Positions 8,546 to 17,132 of a stretch of 31,824 nucleotides of DNA are shown one piece after another. Under the pieces are notes generated by a model that worked only from the letters and a program-made list of their open reading frames with translations, did no database searches and was not told the DNA's origin. Position 1 is the first letter of the stretch, and every line of letters starts with the position of its first letter. The translations under genes and the position numbers were made by a program. Location: contig CAYOXR010000421.1 of assembly GCA_964407955.1 (NCBI GenBank), forward strand, positions 1 to 31,824, written 5' to 3'. This DNA comes from an uncultured bacterium. GTDB taxonomy: Bacteria > Deinococcota > Deinococci > Deinococcales > Trueperaceae.

Positions 8546-8740
8546 CGGGGCGCGATCGCTCTGGACGACCGGCAGGCGGCTACAGGCGAGCGGTACGGGG
8601 GTGCCCGATGTCAGTCAGGACCGCGTGCGTCGTCGGCAGTGCGCGCCCAAGAACCTTCCGCCGAGAGGGAACCGCCGCGCACCACCCGGGCAACCTGCCG
8701 GAACGTCCGCAGCGGTGCCGGGAGAGGAGCACGCATCGCC

Positions 8741-10552
8741 TTGACCGACCCCGCCGTACTTCATCTCTGTGGGCACGCCCACCTCATGTTCAACGGTGCG
8801 AGCATCACCCTACAGCGCAAAGGCCTCGCGTTGCTCGGCTATCTGGCCCTCGAGGGCGCCACTGCAAGGGAGCGGGTGGCGGACTTGCTGTGGGGCCACG
8901 AAGGCTCGGCCAACAACCTGCGAGTGGAGCTGTTCCGGCTGCGCAGCGCGCTGCGCAGGGCGGCTCCCCAGGCCTTCCCGGCCGGCACCGACCCGTTGTC
9001 GATGCCACCGAGCATCGAGACGGCCCCGATCGATGTACCCGAGGAGCTGATGCTCGGCCTCGAGGATGTGTCGCCCGAGTTCGGCGAATGGCTGGTGTCG
9101 CAACGAGCCAGCCGAAGCCGCGTCAACAGCGACGACTTCCTGCGTACGGACCAGGTCGAGGCGCTCGCCCGCGAGGTCAGGCCACCCCACGTGGTGCTGC
9201 TGCGCGGCGAGCCCGAGTCCGGGCGCGAGACGTTCGCGCGCTCGCTCGCGCGCCTGCTCGGGCTGCCCATCGTCTACGGCGGCATCGGGAACACGGCGGC
9301 GGTCCACTACCTGAGCGAGGACGAGGACTACGATTCCGAGCTCGTGCGGCGCATGATCGCCGACAAGCACTCGGTGTGGGTGATGGCCTGCTCGCCATAC
9401 GCCGGCGACACGCGCTCGATGCTGGAGGTTCGCGCCGGCTACCCGGCTGCGCGGCTGAAGCACGTGACGCTCGACCCGCTGTCGTGGCCCGAGGCGCGCG
9501 CGGGCCTGCTATCCGACCTGCCTTTCGACGAGGCCGCCCGTTACTACGTCTTCAGCGGCGGCCATCTGGGCTTCCTGAGCGAGCTGCTCGCCACCCGGCC
9601 GAAGCGCGAGCCCTCCCAGGTGGTGCCGCTGCCGCAGCGCATCCGGGCGACCTTCCTGCTGAAGGCAAGGGCGCTGGGCGAGGTCGCACTGGACGTCGCC
9701 CGCTACCTTTCCGTCCATCCCGGGCCCATCCCCGAGCCACTGATCCAGGCTTTCGAGGCCGAGCCGCACCTGGATGCACTCGAGTCAGGCGGCTGGCTGC
9801 GCTACGACGGTGCCTACCGCTTCACCACCGAGGCGGGTCGGCGCGTGATGTACGACTCGATGGGACCGGGACAACGCGTGCGCGCCCATCGCCGGGCAGC
9901 AGCGGCTCTCGAGAGCACGCCCCATCGCATCGCGGCCGCGTATCACCTCGAGCTGAGCGGCGTCGAGGCCAACTGGCGGCGTCTGGCCCGAAACTGCCCG
10001 AGCTGGACGCAGGCGGTCCTGGCACCGTACGCGGAGTGGAATCGAGCGCACCTGCCACTGCCCTTCCGGGACGCGGAGCTCGGCCCCGAGCTGGCCCTGC
10101 TCGCCAACCACACGGTCCACGTCGGGAAGCCCGTGACGAACGGAGACGTCACGTGGTGGCTGCTGCCGACGGAAGCGGAAACGCGGTCCACGGAGTTCGA
10201 GCTTCCCGGCTCCGCGGCCGTTCTCCGCGTCCATGCCCGCGCCTACGTCCACAACCCGGCGGGGATCGGCCTGAGCTGCGACGCCGTCCCTCTGCGCCTG
10301 TCCGTGTTCGGGTCCCACAACCGGAGCGTCGTGTGGGCCGACGTCGAGGGTCCCGGGCGGCTGGCAGACGGGACCCATGTGCTGCCGCTGCGCAGCGAGT
10401 TCGAAGCAGCCTTCATCGTCGACCAGCACGCGCTGCGCCTGGAGAGTCGCGCCTTCGCTGGCGTGCTCGAGATCCATCTCACGCTCAATCGACTCAGGGA
10501 CGGCGACGAGCCGGTCGGCCAACACGGCGTCTCCGCTCTCGATCTGACATAG
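8741..10552 (+). CDS. SARP/AfsR-like (wHTH-BTAD-related) transcriptional regulator, 603 aa, with degenerate P-loop
   Basis: TTG 8741 after SD GAGAGGAG. The N-terminus KGLALLGYLALEGATARERVADLLWG...NNLRVELFRLR is typical of SARP DNA-binding domains. VVLLRGEPESGRET sits at the Walker A position, and the C-terminus is beta-rich. Confidence 0.75.
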   Translation: MTDPAVLHLCGHAHLMFNGASITLQRKGLALLGYLALEGATARERVADLLWGHEGSANNLRVELFRLRSALRRAAPQAFPAGTDPLSMPPSIETAPIDVPEELMLGLEDVSPEFGEWLVSQRASRSRVNSDDFLRTDQVEALAREVRPPHVVLLRGEPESGRETFARSLARLLGLPIVYGGIGNTAAVHYLSEDEDYDSELVRRMIADKHSVWVMACSPYAGDTRSMLEVRAGYPAARLKHVTLDPLSWPEARAGLLSDLPFDEAARYYVFSGGHLGFLSELLATRPKREPSQVVPLPQRIRATFLLKARALGEVALDVARYLSVHPGPIPEPLIQAFEAEPHLDALESGGWLRYDGAYRFTTEAGRRVMYDSMGPGQRVRAHRRAAAALESTPHRIAAAYHLELSGVEANWRRLARNCPSWTQAVLAPYAEWNRAHLPLPFRDAELGPELALLANHTVHVGKPVTNGDVTWWLLPTEAETRSTEFELPGSAAVLRVHARAYVHNPAGIGLSCDAVPLRLSVFGSHNRSVVWADVEGPGRLADGTHVLPLRSEFEAAFIVDQHALRLESRAFAGVLEIHLTLNRLRDGDEPVGQHGVSALDLT

Positions 10553-10711
10553 GCGCCGCTTCGGCCGGCGGCGGCGCGCGGGCTCGGCCCGCCCCTCCGC
10601 CACCCTGCCGCGGCCGCGGCGCATGGCCGGTGCCTCGGCCCGGTGAGGCTGGGCCGGTCCTGCGCGCCATCCCGGTGGAAAGCGCGAGGACGGCGGCGGC
10701 GTCCGAGCGTG

Positions 10712-10717
10712 TAGACT
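10712..10717 (+). promoter_or_regulatory. -10 element for leaderless CDF mRNA
   Basis: TAGACT 7 nt before GTG 10725, with no SD. Confidence 0.55.
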
Positions 10718-10724
10718 GTGCCCC

Positions 10725-11750
10725 GTGCGGGCTGGAGACCACGACCGCCGGCCGGACGACGCCATCGGGCGTGGCCGCGAGCGCGGGCACGAGCATGCTC
10801 ACGCACACGACCATGCCGTCCCCGTCGCCGGTCGCGCTTTCGGGCTCGGGATCGTCCTCAACACCGTCTACGTGGTACTGGAAGCTGTCGTGGGCATCGT
10901 CATCGGCTCGGTCGGTCTGATCTCCGATGCAGGCCACAACGCCAGCGACGTGCTCAGTTTGGTCGCGGCGTGGGGCGGACAGCGTTTGTCCAGGCGGCCG
11001 CCGTCGCGCGACTTCAGCTACGGGCTGCCGCGCGCGCCCATCCTCGGCTCGCTCTTCAACGCGCTTCTGCTCTTCGGCGCCATGGGCGCGGTCAGCTTCG
11101 AGGCCGCGAGGCGTCTCGCGCATCCCCAGCCGCTTCCCGCTCTGCCCATCGTCTACGTCACGGCGGTGGGCCTGTTCGTGAACTTCGGGACGGCTCTGCT
11201 GTTCGCGCGTGGCCGTGACGACCTCAACGTGCGCGCGGCATTCGTGCACATGCTTGCGGACGGTGCGTCCACGTCCGGGGTGTTGATCGCGGGCCTCGTC
11301 ATCCACTTCACCGGCGCCTTCTGGGTTGACCCGGCCGTGAGCCTGGCGATCGTGGTGCTGGTGCTGTGGAGCACCTGGGGGCTGTTCACGCAGTCTGTGC
11401 GAATGCTCGTGGACGCCGTGCCTCAAGGCATCGACCTCAACGCCGTGCGGGCGACTTTGACCGACCTGCCCGGCGTGGCCTCCGTGCACGACGTGCACGT
11501 GTGGCCCCTGTCGACCCGACAGGTGGCGGCCAGCGCCCACCTGGTGCTCGAGCGACCCGTGCAGGAGCCGAACGCGCTGCTGCGTGACGCCTGCCGCCGC
11601 CTCCGTGAGCGCTTCCGCATCGGCCATGCCACGTTGCAGGTCGAGTTCGGCGAGCCGGCCGATCCGTGCGGGCTGCTCGAGCGTCATGAGCTCAGCGAGC
11701 CCGTCGCCGTCCGTCACGAGTCGCGCACGTCTCGCGATTCCGGCGCCTGA
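10725..11750 (+). CDS. Cation diffusion facilitator (CzcD/ZitB-like Zn/Co/Cd exporter)
   Basis: His-rich N-terminus HEHAHAHDH, TM2 SDAGHNASD, TM5 AFVHMLAD, six TM helices and C-terminal VHDVHVW and HATLQVE. Confidence 0.9.
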   Translation: MRAGDHDRRPDDAIGRGRERGHEHAHAHDHAVPVAGRAFGLGIVLNTVYVVLEAVVGIVIGSVGLISDAGHNASDVLSLVAAWGGQRLSRRPPSRDFSYGLPRAPILGSLFNALLLFGAMGAVSFEAARRLAHPQPLPALPIVYVTAVGLFVNFGTALLFARGRDDLNVRAAFVHMLADGASTSGVLIAGLVIHFTGAFWVDPAVSLAIVVLVLWSTWGLFTQSVRMLVDAVPQGIDLNAVRATLTDLPGVASVHDVHVWPLSTRQVAASAHLVLERPVQEPNALLRDACRRLRERFRIGHATLQVEFGEPADPCGLLERHELSEPVAVRHESRTSRDSGA

Positions 11751-11777
11751 GTGCCTCGCCGAGCGCCGGATGCGAAG

Positions 11778-11795
11778 GGCGGCCCCACCGCCGCC
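11778..11795 (+). repeat. Direct repeat copy 1 flanking the Nramp-like gene
   Basis: GGCGGCCCCACCGCcGCC, 17 of 18 identical to 13270-13287. Confidence 0.4.
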
Positions 11796-11869
11796 TCCCC
11801 GCGCCCTGAAGCGGGCGACCCGCCGCCGGCCGGCGGGAATGGCCGCCCGACGCGGTCGCGCCCGCCATC

Positions 11870-11883
11870 GGGACATTTGTCCC
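11870..11883. promoter_or_regulatory. Palindrome upstream of the Nramp-like gene, candidate operator
   Basis: GGGACA-TT-TGTCCC. It overlaps a possible -35 TTGTCC (11877-11882) lying 19 nt from TATGGT (11902-11907). Confidence 0.3.
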
Positions 11884-11918
11884 AGCTGGCCGGGTTGAGG
11901 CTATGGTCTGCTCGCAAC

Positions 11919-13235
11919 GTGGAATTCCGAGGGGCCGACTCAGGATTCGCCGACCGAGGATCCGCGCTCGACGGCGGGGCGCCGTCGACGGGCGCTCCGC
12001 ATGCGCAGGCTCGGCGCCGCGCAAGGGTGGTCGGCGGCCTGCTGGCGGTCATGGGACCCGGCCTTGTGGTCATGCTGGCCGACACCGACGCCGGCAGCGT
12101 GGTCACCGCCGCGCAGAGCGGCGCCAGCTGGGGCCTGGGGCTGCTTTGGCTCCAGGTCGCGCTGATTCCGGTGCTGTTCGTGGTCCAGGAGCTGACGGTG
12201 CGCCTGGGAAGCGTCACCGGCAAGGGGCATGGCGAGCTCATCCGCGAGCACTTCGGCACCGGCTGGGCCTGGATTTCCGTCGTGACGCTCGCGATCGCGG
12301 GCGTCGGCGCGCTGTGCACGGAGTTCGCGGGCGTGGCCGGCGCCGGCGAGGTGTTCGGCTTGCCGCCGTGGCTGACGGTGGGCACGGCGGTGATGGCGCT
12401 CGGCCTCGTCGCCGCTCGCGGCAGCTACCGGCGGGTGGAGCTTGTGGCAGCGGCCCTGGGCAGCCTCGAGCTGCTCTACGTGCTGGTGGCGTGGCATGCG
12501 CATCCGCTGCTGGACGGCGCCCTGACCGGCCTTCGGCAGATCCCCTGGCATGACGGTGGGTACCTGTTCCTGATCGCCGCCAACATCGGCGCGGTGATCA
12601 TGCCCTGGATGGTCTTCTACCAGCAGTCGGCCATCGTCGAGAAGGGCCTGGGCCCGCACGACCTCCGCGCCGCCCGCATCGACACCGCCGTCGGCGCCGT
12701 GCTCACACAGCTGATCATGGCCGCGGTGCTGATCAGCACCGCGGTTACGCTGCACGGCGCGGCCGCGGGCAACGGAGCGTTGTCGACGGTGCCGGGGATC
12801 GCCCGCGCGCTGATGCCACTGCTCGGCCCCACCTACGGCGCCGCCCTGTTCGCCCTGGGGATGCTGGGCGCCTCCCTGGTCGCTGCTCTGGTCGTCTCGC
12901 TGGCTGTCTCCTGGGGTCTGGGCGAGGTCGCGGGCTACCGCCACTCGCTGGCGGACGGCGCCGGCGAGGCACCCTGGTTCTATGGCGTGTACCTACTGGC
13001 TCTGGGCGCCAGCGCCGCGCTGGTGTTGTCCGGCATCAACCTGATCGGCCTGAGCGTAGCGGTCCAGGTCATGAACGCCCTGTTGCTGCCGGTCGTGCTG
13101 GGCTTCCTGTTCGTGCTGGCCCGGCGCGCCCTGCCTTGGCCGCATCGCCTTCGCGGCCCGGCCGCCTTGGCGGTCGGCCTGGTGCTGGGCGTCACGACGG
13201 TGCTCGGCGTCCTTGCCGCGGTTCTCGCGCTGTGA
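11919..13235 (+). CDS. Nramp-family (NRMT-related) divalent cation transporter; start uncertain
   Basis: MGPGLVVMLADTDAGSVVTAAQSGA, VQELTVRLG, GKGHGELIRE, NIGAVIMPWMVFYQQS and about 11 TM segments. The ORF is open from 11751; GTG 11919 is a tentative start. Confidence 0.85.
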   Translation: MEFRGADSGFADRGSALDGGAPSTGAPHAQARRRARVVGGLLAVMGPGLVVMLADTDAGSVVTAAQSGASWGLGLLWLQVALIPVLFVVQELTVRLGSVTGKGHGELIREHFGTGWAWISVVTLAIAGVGALCTEFAGVAGAGEVFGLPPWLTVGTAVMALGLVAARGSYRRVELVAAALGSLELLYVLVAWHAHPLLDGALTGLRQIPWHDGGYLFLIAANIGAVIMPWMVFYQQSAIVEKGLGPHDLRAARIDTAVGAVLTQLIMAAVLISTAVTLHGAAAGNGALSTVPGIARALMPLLGPTYGAALFALGMLGASLVAALVVSLAVSWGLGEVAGYRHSLADGAGEAPWFYGVYLLALGASAALVLSGINLIGLSVAVQVMNALLLPVVLGFLFVLARRALPWPHRLRGPAALAVGLVLGVTTVLGVLAAVLAL

Positions 13236-13269
13236 GGGTCTCGACGCTCCCGGCCAACGAGTCCTCGAC

Positions 13270-13287
13270 GGCGGCCCCACCGCGGCC
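13270..13287 (+). repeat. Direct repeat copy 2 flanking the Nramp-like gene
   Basis: GGCGGCCCCACCGCgGCC, matches 11778-11795. Confidence 0.4.
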
Positions 13288-13331
13288 CGCCCCCGGCCGA
13301 CCCTGATCACGGCTGCCGTACGCCCGGCGAC

Positions 13332-13360
13332 TTGACCCGACCCTCGCTCGAGCCTATCCT
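13332..13360 (+). promoter_or_regulatory. Sigma70-type promoter of copA
   Basis: TTGACC (13332-13337), 17-nt spacer, TATCCT (13355-13360). Confidence 0.75.
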
Positions 13361-13370
13361 GAGGCAGATC

Positions 13371-13389
13371 CCCACCCCCGGGGGGTGGG
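13371..13389. promoter_or_regulatory. CsoR/RcnR-type operator
   Basis: Perfect 9-1-9 palindrome CCCACCCCC-G-GGGGGTGGG just downstream of the -10. C-tract/G-tract operators are the established CsoR-family signature upstream of copA genes. Confidence 0.7.
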
Positions 13390-13414
13390 CATTCGCTCGA
13401 CCGAGGTGATGATG

Positions 13415-15919
13415 ATGGCTACCGTCCAGATCGGCGTCGAAGGCATGACCTGCGCGAGCTGCTCCGGTCGTGTCGAACGCGCTTTGAACAAGGTGCACGG
13501 CGTCAGCGAAGCGAACGTGAATCTCGCCACCGAACGCGCCAGCGTCACCTTCGACCCGTCGCTGGTGAACCCCGAGGCCTTCCTCGCCGCCATCACCGGC
13601 AGCGGCTACGCGGCCACCACGGCCCACGCCGACCTCGGCATCACCGGCATGACCTGTGCCAGCTGCTCCGGCCGCGTCGAACGCGCCCTCAACAGGCTCG
13701 ACGGCGTGCTCGAAGCCGCCGTCAACCTGGCCACCGAGCGAGCGTCCATCACCTACCTCCCCGACACCGTCACCCCCGCCCGGCTCAAGGCGGTCGTGCG
13801 TGAGACCGGTTACGACGTCCTCGAAGAAGGCGTGGGCCAGGACGCCAGCGACGTCGAACGAGAAGCGCACGATCGGCACGTCGCCGGCCTGCGCCGCGAC
13901 CTCATCGTCGCCGCCGCGTTCGCCGCCCCGCTGGTGCTCTTCGTCATGCTGCCCATGCTCATCCCCGGCCTGCAGCACGGCATCGACGCGGCCCTCGGCG
14001 CGTTCGCCGTCAACGTCATCGCCTTCGCGCTCGCCAGCGTGGTGCAGTTCGGGCCCGCAAGGCGCTTCTACCGCCCCGGCTGGACCAGCCTCCGTCACGG
14101 CAGCCCCGACATGAACGCCCTCGTCATGATCGGTTCCAGCGCCGCCTACGCCTACTCCGTCATCGCCACGTTCTTCCCGGAGCTGCTGCCGGCAGGGACG
14201 GCGCACACCTACTTCGAGGCCTCCGCCGCCATCATCGCGCTGATCCTGGTGGGCAAGTACCTCGAAGCCATCACCAAGGGCCGCACCAGCGAGGCCATCA
14301 AGAAGCTCCTCAGCCTCCAGTCCAAGACGGCACGTGTGGAACGTGACGGCGTGGAGCGCGAGCTCCCCATCGACCAGGTCGTCCCCGGTGACGTGATCGC
14401 CGTTCGTCCCGGCGAACGCCTGCCCGTCGACGGCACCGTCCTCACAGGCAGCAGCTACGTCGACGAGTCCATGATCACCGGCGAGCCCGTCCCCGCTCTC
14501 AAGCAAGCGGGCACCGAGGTGGTCGGAGGGACCGTCAACCGCAACGGCAGCCTGCGCTTCGAAGCCACCAAGGTCGGCGCCGACACCCTGCTCGCTCAGA
14601 TCATCAAGATGGTCCAGGACGCCCAGGCCGCCAAGATGCCCATCCAAGCGCTCGCCGACAGGGTCGTCCGCTACTTCGTCCCCGTGGTCATGAGCCTGGC
14701 TGCCATCACCTTCGGGGTGTGGCTCGTCTTCGGCCCGGCGCCCGCCCTCACCTACGCGCTCGTGAACATGGTCGCCGTGCTGATCATCGCCTGCCCCTGC
14801 GCCATGGGCCTCGCCACCCCCACCAGCATCATGGTGGGCACCGGCAAAGGCGCCGAGCTCGGCATCCTCTTCCGCCGCGGCGCCGCCCTCCAGACCCTCC
14901 AACAAGCCGACACCGTCGCCCTCGACAAGACCGGCACCCTCACCAAGGGCAAGCCCGAGCTCACCGACCTGACCACGGCCGGCGCGCTGGACGACGACGC
15001 CACCCTCCGCCTCATCGCCGCGGTCGAGCGCGACTCCGAGCACCCCATCGGCCAGGCCATCGTTCACGCCGCCGCCCAGCGCGGCCTGGACCTGCCCGAC
15101 GCCAGCGACTTCGCAGCCGATCCGGGCTACGGCGTCAGCGCCACCGTCGACGGAAAGCGCGTGCAGGTCGGCGCCGACCGGCTCATGCGCAAGCTCGGCC
15201 ACGACACCGGCGCCCTCCAAGCCAGCGCCGAGCGCCTCGCCGACGAAGGCAAGAGCCCGCTGTACGCCGCCGTCGACGGCGAACTCGCGGCCATTCTCGC
15301 CGTCTCCGACCCCCTCAAGGACACCACCCCTGCCGCCATCGAAGCCCTGCACAAGGCCGGCCTGAACGTCGCCATGATCACCGGCGACAACCGCCGCACC
15401 GCCCACGCCATCGCCCGGCAGCTCGGCATCGACCACGTGCTGGCCGACGTCCTCCCCGACGGCAAGGTCGACGCCGTCAAGAGCCTCCAGCAAGGCGGCG
15501 CCAAGGTCGCCTTCGTCGGCGACGGCATCAACGACGCCCCCGCCCTGGCGCAAGCCGACATCGGCATCGCCATCGGCACCGGCACCGACATCGCCATCGA
15601 AGCCGCCGACGTCATCCTCATGAGCGGGCAGCTGGACGGAATCCCCAACGCCATCGCGCTGTCCAGGGCCACCATCACCAACATCAAGCAGAACCTCTTC
15701 TGGGCCTTCATCTACAACGTCATCCTCATCCCCGTCGCCGCCGGCGTTCTCTACCCCGGCCTCCACGTCCTCCTCAACCCCATCATCGCCGCCGCCGCCA
15801 TGGGCACAAGCAGCATCTTCGTGCTCACCAACGCGCTGCGACTCAAGACCTTCCGCCCACGCGGCCCGCAACCTGCCGCAGCGGCCCCGGCGCTCGAGCC
15901 CAGGCCGGCAGCGGCATGA
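13415..15919 (+). CDS. copA: Cu(I)-translocating P1B-1 ATPase with two N-terminal HMA domains
   Basis: GMTCASC x2, TGEP, CPC, DKTGT, SEHP, GDGIND, TM7 YN and TM8 MGTSS. SD GAGGTG precedes ATG at 13409, 13412 or 13415. Confidence 0.95.
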   Translation: MATVQIGVEGMTCASCSGRVERALNKVHGVSEANVNLATERASVTFDPSLVNPEAFLAAITGSGYAATTAHADLGITGMTCASCSGRVERALNRLDGVLEAAVNLATERASITYLPDTVTPARLKAVVRETGYDVLEEGVGQDASDVEREAHDRHVAGLRRDLIVAAAFAAPLVLFVMLPMLIPGLQHGIDAALGAFAVNVIAFALASVVQFGPARRFYRPGWTSLRHGSPDMNALVMIGSSAAYAYSVIATFFPELLPAGTAHTYFEASAAIIALILVGKYLEAITKGRTSEAIKKLLSLQSKTARVERDGVERELPIDQVVPGDVIAVRPGERLPVDGTVLTGSSYVDESMITGEPVPALKQAGTEVVGGTVNRNGSLRFEATKVGADTLLAQIIKMVQDAQAAKMPIQALADRVVRYFVPVVMSLAAITFGVWLVFGPAPALTYALVNMVAVLIIACPCAMGLATPTSIMVGTGKGAELGILFRRGAALQTLQQADTVALDKTGTLTKGKPELTDLTTAGALDDDATLRLIAAVERDSEHPIGQAIVHAAAQRGLDLPDASDFAADPGYGVSATVDGKRVQVGADRLMRKLGHDTGALQASAERLADEGKSPLYAAVDGELAAILAVSDPLKDTTPAAIEALHKAGLNVAMITGDNRRTAHAIARQLGIDHVLADVLPDGKVDAVKSLQQGGAKVAFVGDGINDAPALAQADIGIAIGTGTDIAIEAADVILMSGQLDGIPNAIALSRATITNIKQNLFWAFIYNVILIPVAAGVLYPGLHVLLNPIIAAAAMGTSSIFVLTNALRLKTFRPRGPQPAAAAPALEPRPAAA

Positions 15920-16188
15920 CCGTCGACGCGACGCACGCCGGCGCCGTCACCCTCTACACCAACCCGGGCTGCCCCGATTGCGCGGCTGTGAGAGCCTGGC
16001 TCGAGGTGCACGACGTGCCGTTCACGGAGCGCGACGTCAGCCAACCCGGCGTGGCCGACGAGGCCAAGCGCCTCTACGGCGTACGCGTCGCACCCATCAC
16101 GGTCATCGACCGGGACACCTTCTTCTACGGCACCTTCGATCAGCAGCGCCCGCGCCTCGCCGCGGCCCTGCTCGCGCCCACCGCCTGA
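15916..16188 (+). CDS. Glutaredoxin/NrdH-like redoxin (90 aa)
   Basis: [12 protein letters not shown]...FTERDV...VAPITVI (cis-Pro motif). The ATGA overlaps the copA stop. Present in the ORF track only as the tail of 14719-16188. Confidence 0.85.
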   Translation: MTVDATHAGAVTLYTNPGCPDCAAVRAWLEVHDVPFTERDVSQPGVADEAKRLYGVRVAPITVIDRDTFFYGTFDQQRPRLAAALLAPTA

Positions 16189-16204
16189 CGCCGACGCGTG
16201 CGCG

Positions 16205-17035
16205 ATGCCCGAGACGTCCGACACGCTGACGGAGGCCCTCGCCGCGTGGGGCACCCTGCACATCGTGCGCCCGCTGGACGGTGGCAACCGGGGTGGCGCA
16301 GTCCTCGTCCACGGCACGACCTCTCAGGCCGGCGGCGGCGCCGCCCTATTCGTTGCCAAGCCGACCACGCGTGCTGCCGAAGCGGTGGCCTGGGCGGCCC
16401 GCATCCAGCAGCACGCGCGCGATGCCGGGTTCGAGGTTCCCGCCTACCGACGCAGCCGGCACGGACGCTTCGTGGAAGGCGGCTTCACGCTCGAAGCCTA
16501 CGTGGAGGGTCGGCCGTCGACCATGGCCGAGCGCGGCGCCGCCCTGCCGGACTTGCGCGCCTTCCACGAGGCCACTCGCGGGATGCGGCAGCGGCCCGGC
16601 TTCGCCGGCAGCGCCGCGCTGCTGCGGCGCTCTTGTGGCGGGGATGTCGATTTGCGGGCGATGCCGGCCGACCTCGTGCAGCTGGCTCGGGAGGCCTGGC
16701 GTCCGTTCGCCGGCCGCCCCTCGGTCGCCGTGCACGGCGACCTGAACGCGGACAACGTGCTGACCACGCCCAGGGGCAGGCTCGCGCTGATCGACTGGGA
16801 CGAGTGCCGCCAGGATGCGTCGGTGTTCGACGAGGCGGTCTGGCTGGGGGCCGACCGCGACGCGCGCGCGTGGCCCGGCGCGGCGTCGGCGAGCGGGGCT
16901 GAGCCTGACGCCACCGCCGTCCAGCGTGCGGTGCTTGCCTGGGAGGTCGCCGCCTGCTGGACGGCCGAGCCGGCGCACGCCTTCAGGCTCGCCGCGCGGT
17001 TGCGCGAGAGCGACGCGGCGGGCGGGAGCCGCTGA
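16205..17035 (+). CDS. Aminoglycoside phosphotransferase/choline kinase-like protein
   Basis: Brenner-like VHGDLNADN and LIDWD motifs, FVAK lysine, Gly-rich start LDGGNRGG. Confidence 0.8.
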   Translation: MPETSDTLTEALAAWGTLHIVRPLDGGNRGGAVLVHGTTSQAGGGAALFVAKPTTRAAEAVAWAARIQQHARDAGFEVPAYRRSRHGRFVEGGFTLEAYVEGRPSTMAERGAALPDLRAFHEATRGMRQRPGFAGSAALLRRSCGGDVDLRAMPADLVQLAREAWRPFAGRPSVAVHGDLNADNVLTTPRGRLALIDWDECRQDASVFDEAVWLGADRDARAWPGAASASGAEPDATAVQRAVLAWEVAACWTAEPAHAFRLAARLRESDAAGGSR

Positions 17036-17120
17036 CGTCCCGGCGTCCGTGGTCGCAGGCCGGGGCCCGACGCCGCTGCGGCGCACCGGGTCCGGCCACG
17101 CCGGGCCTCGCCTGAAACGG

Positions 17121-17126
17121 TAGACT
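17121..17126 (+). promoter_or_regulatory. -10 element for leaderless mRNA
   Basis: TAGACT 6 nt before GTG 17133. Confidence 0.55.
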
Positions 17127-17132
17127 CCCGGC

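Noticed and set aside
8608-10920. 770-aa same-strand alternative frame over the regulator
   Set aside because: Arg/Pro/Gly-rich off-frame translation typical of high-GC DNA. The SARP frame carries the motifs.
11751-11918. Mn (yybP-ykoY) or Mg (M-box) riboswitch upstream of the Nramp-like gene
   Set aside because: I could not find the conserved core sequences by eye. An Infernal/Rfam scan would be decisive.
13307-15871. 854-aa antisense ORF, and similar long antisense ORFs (18333-20459, 25764-27182, 29901-31751)
   Set aside because: These are shadow frames of real genes. High GC3 codon bias removes antisense stops, and the translations have no coherent motifs.
16205-17035. Antibiotic resistance call for the APH-like gene
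   Set aside because: Only superfamily kinase motifs are visible. The substrate cannot be assigned.
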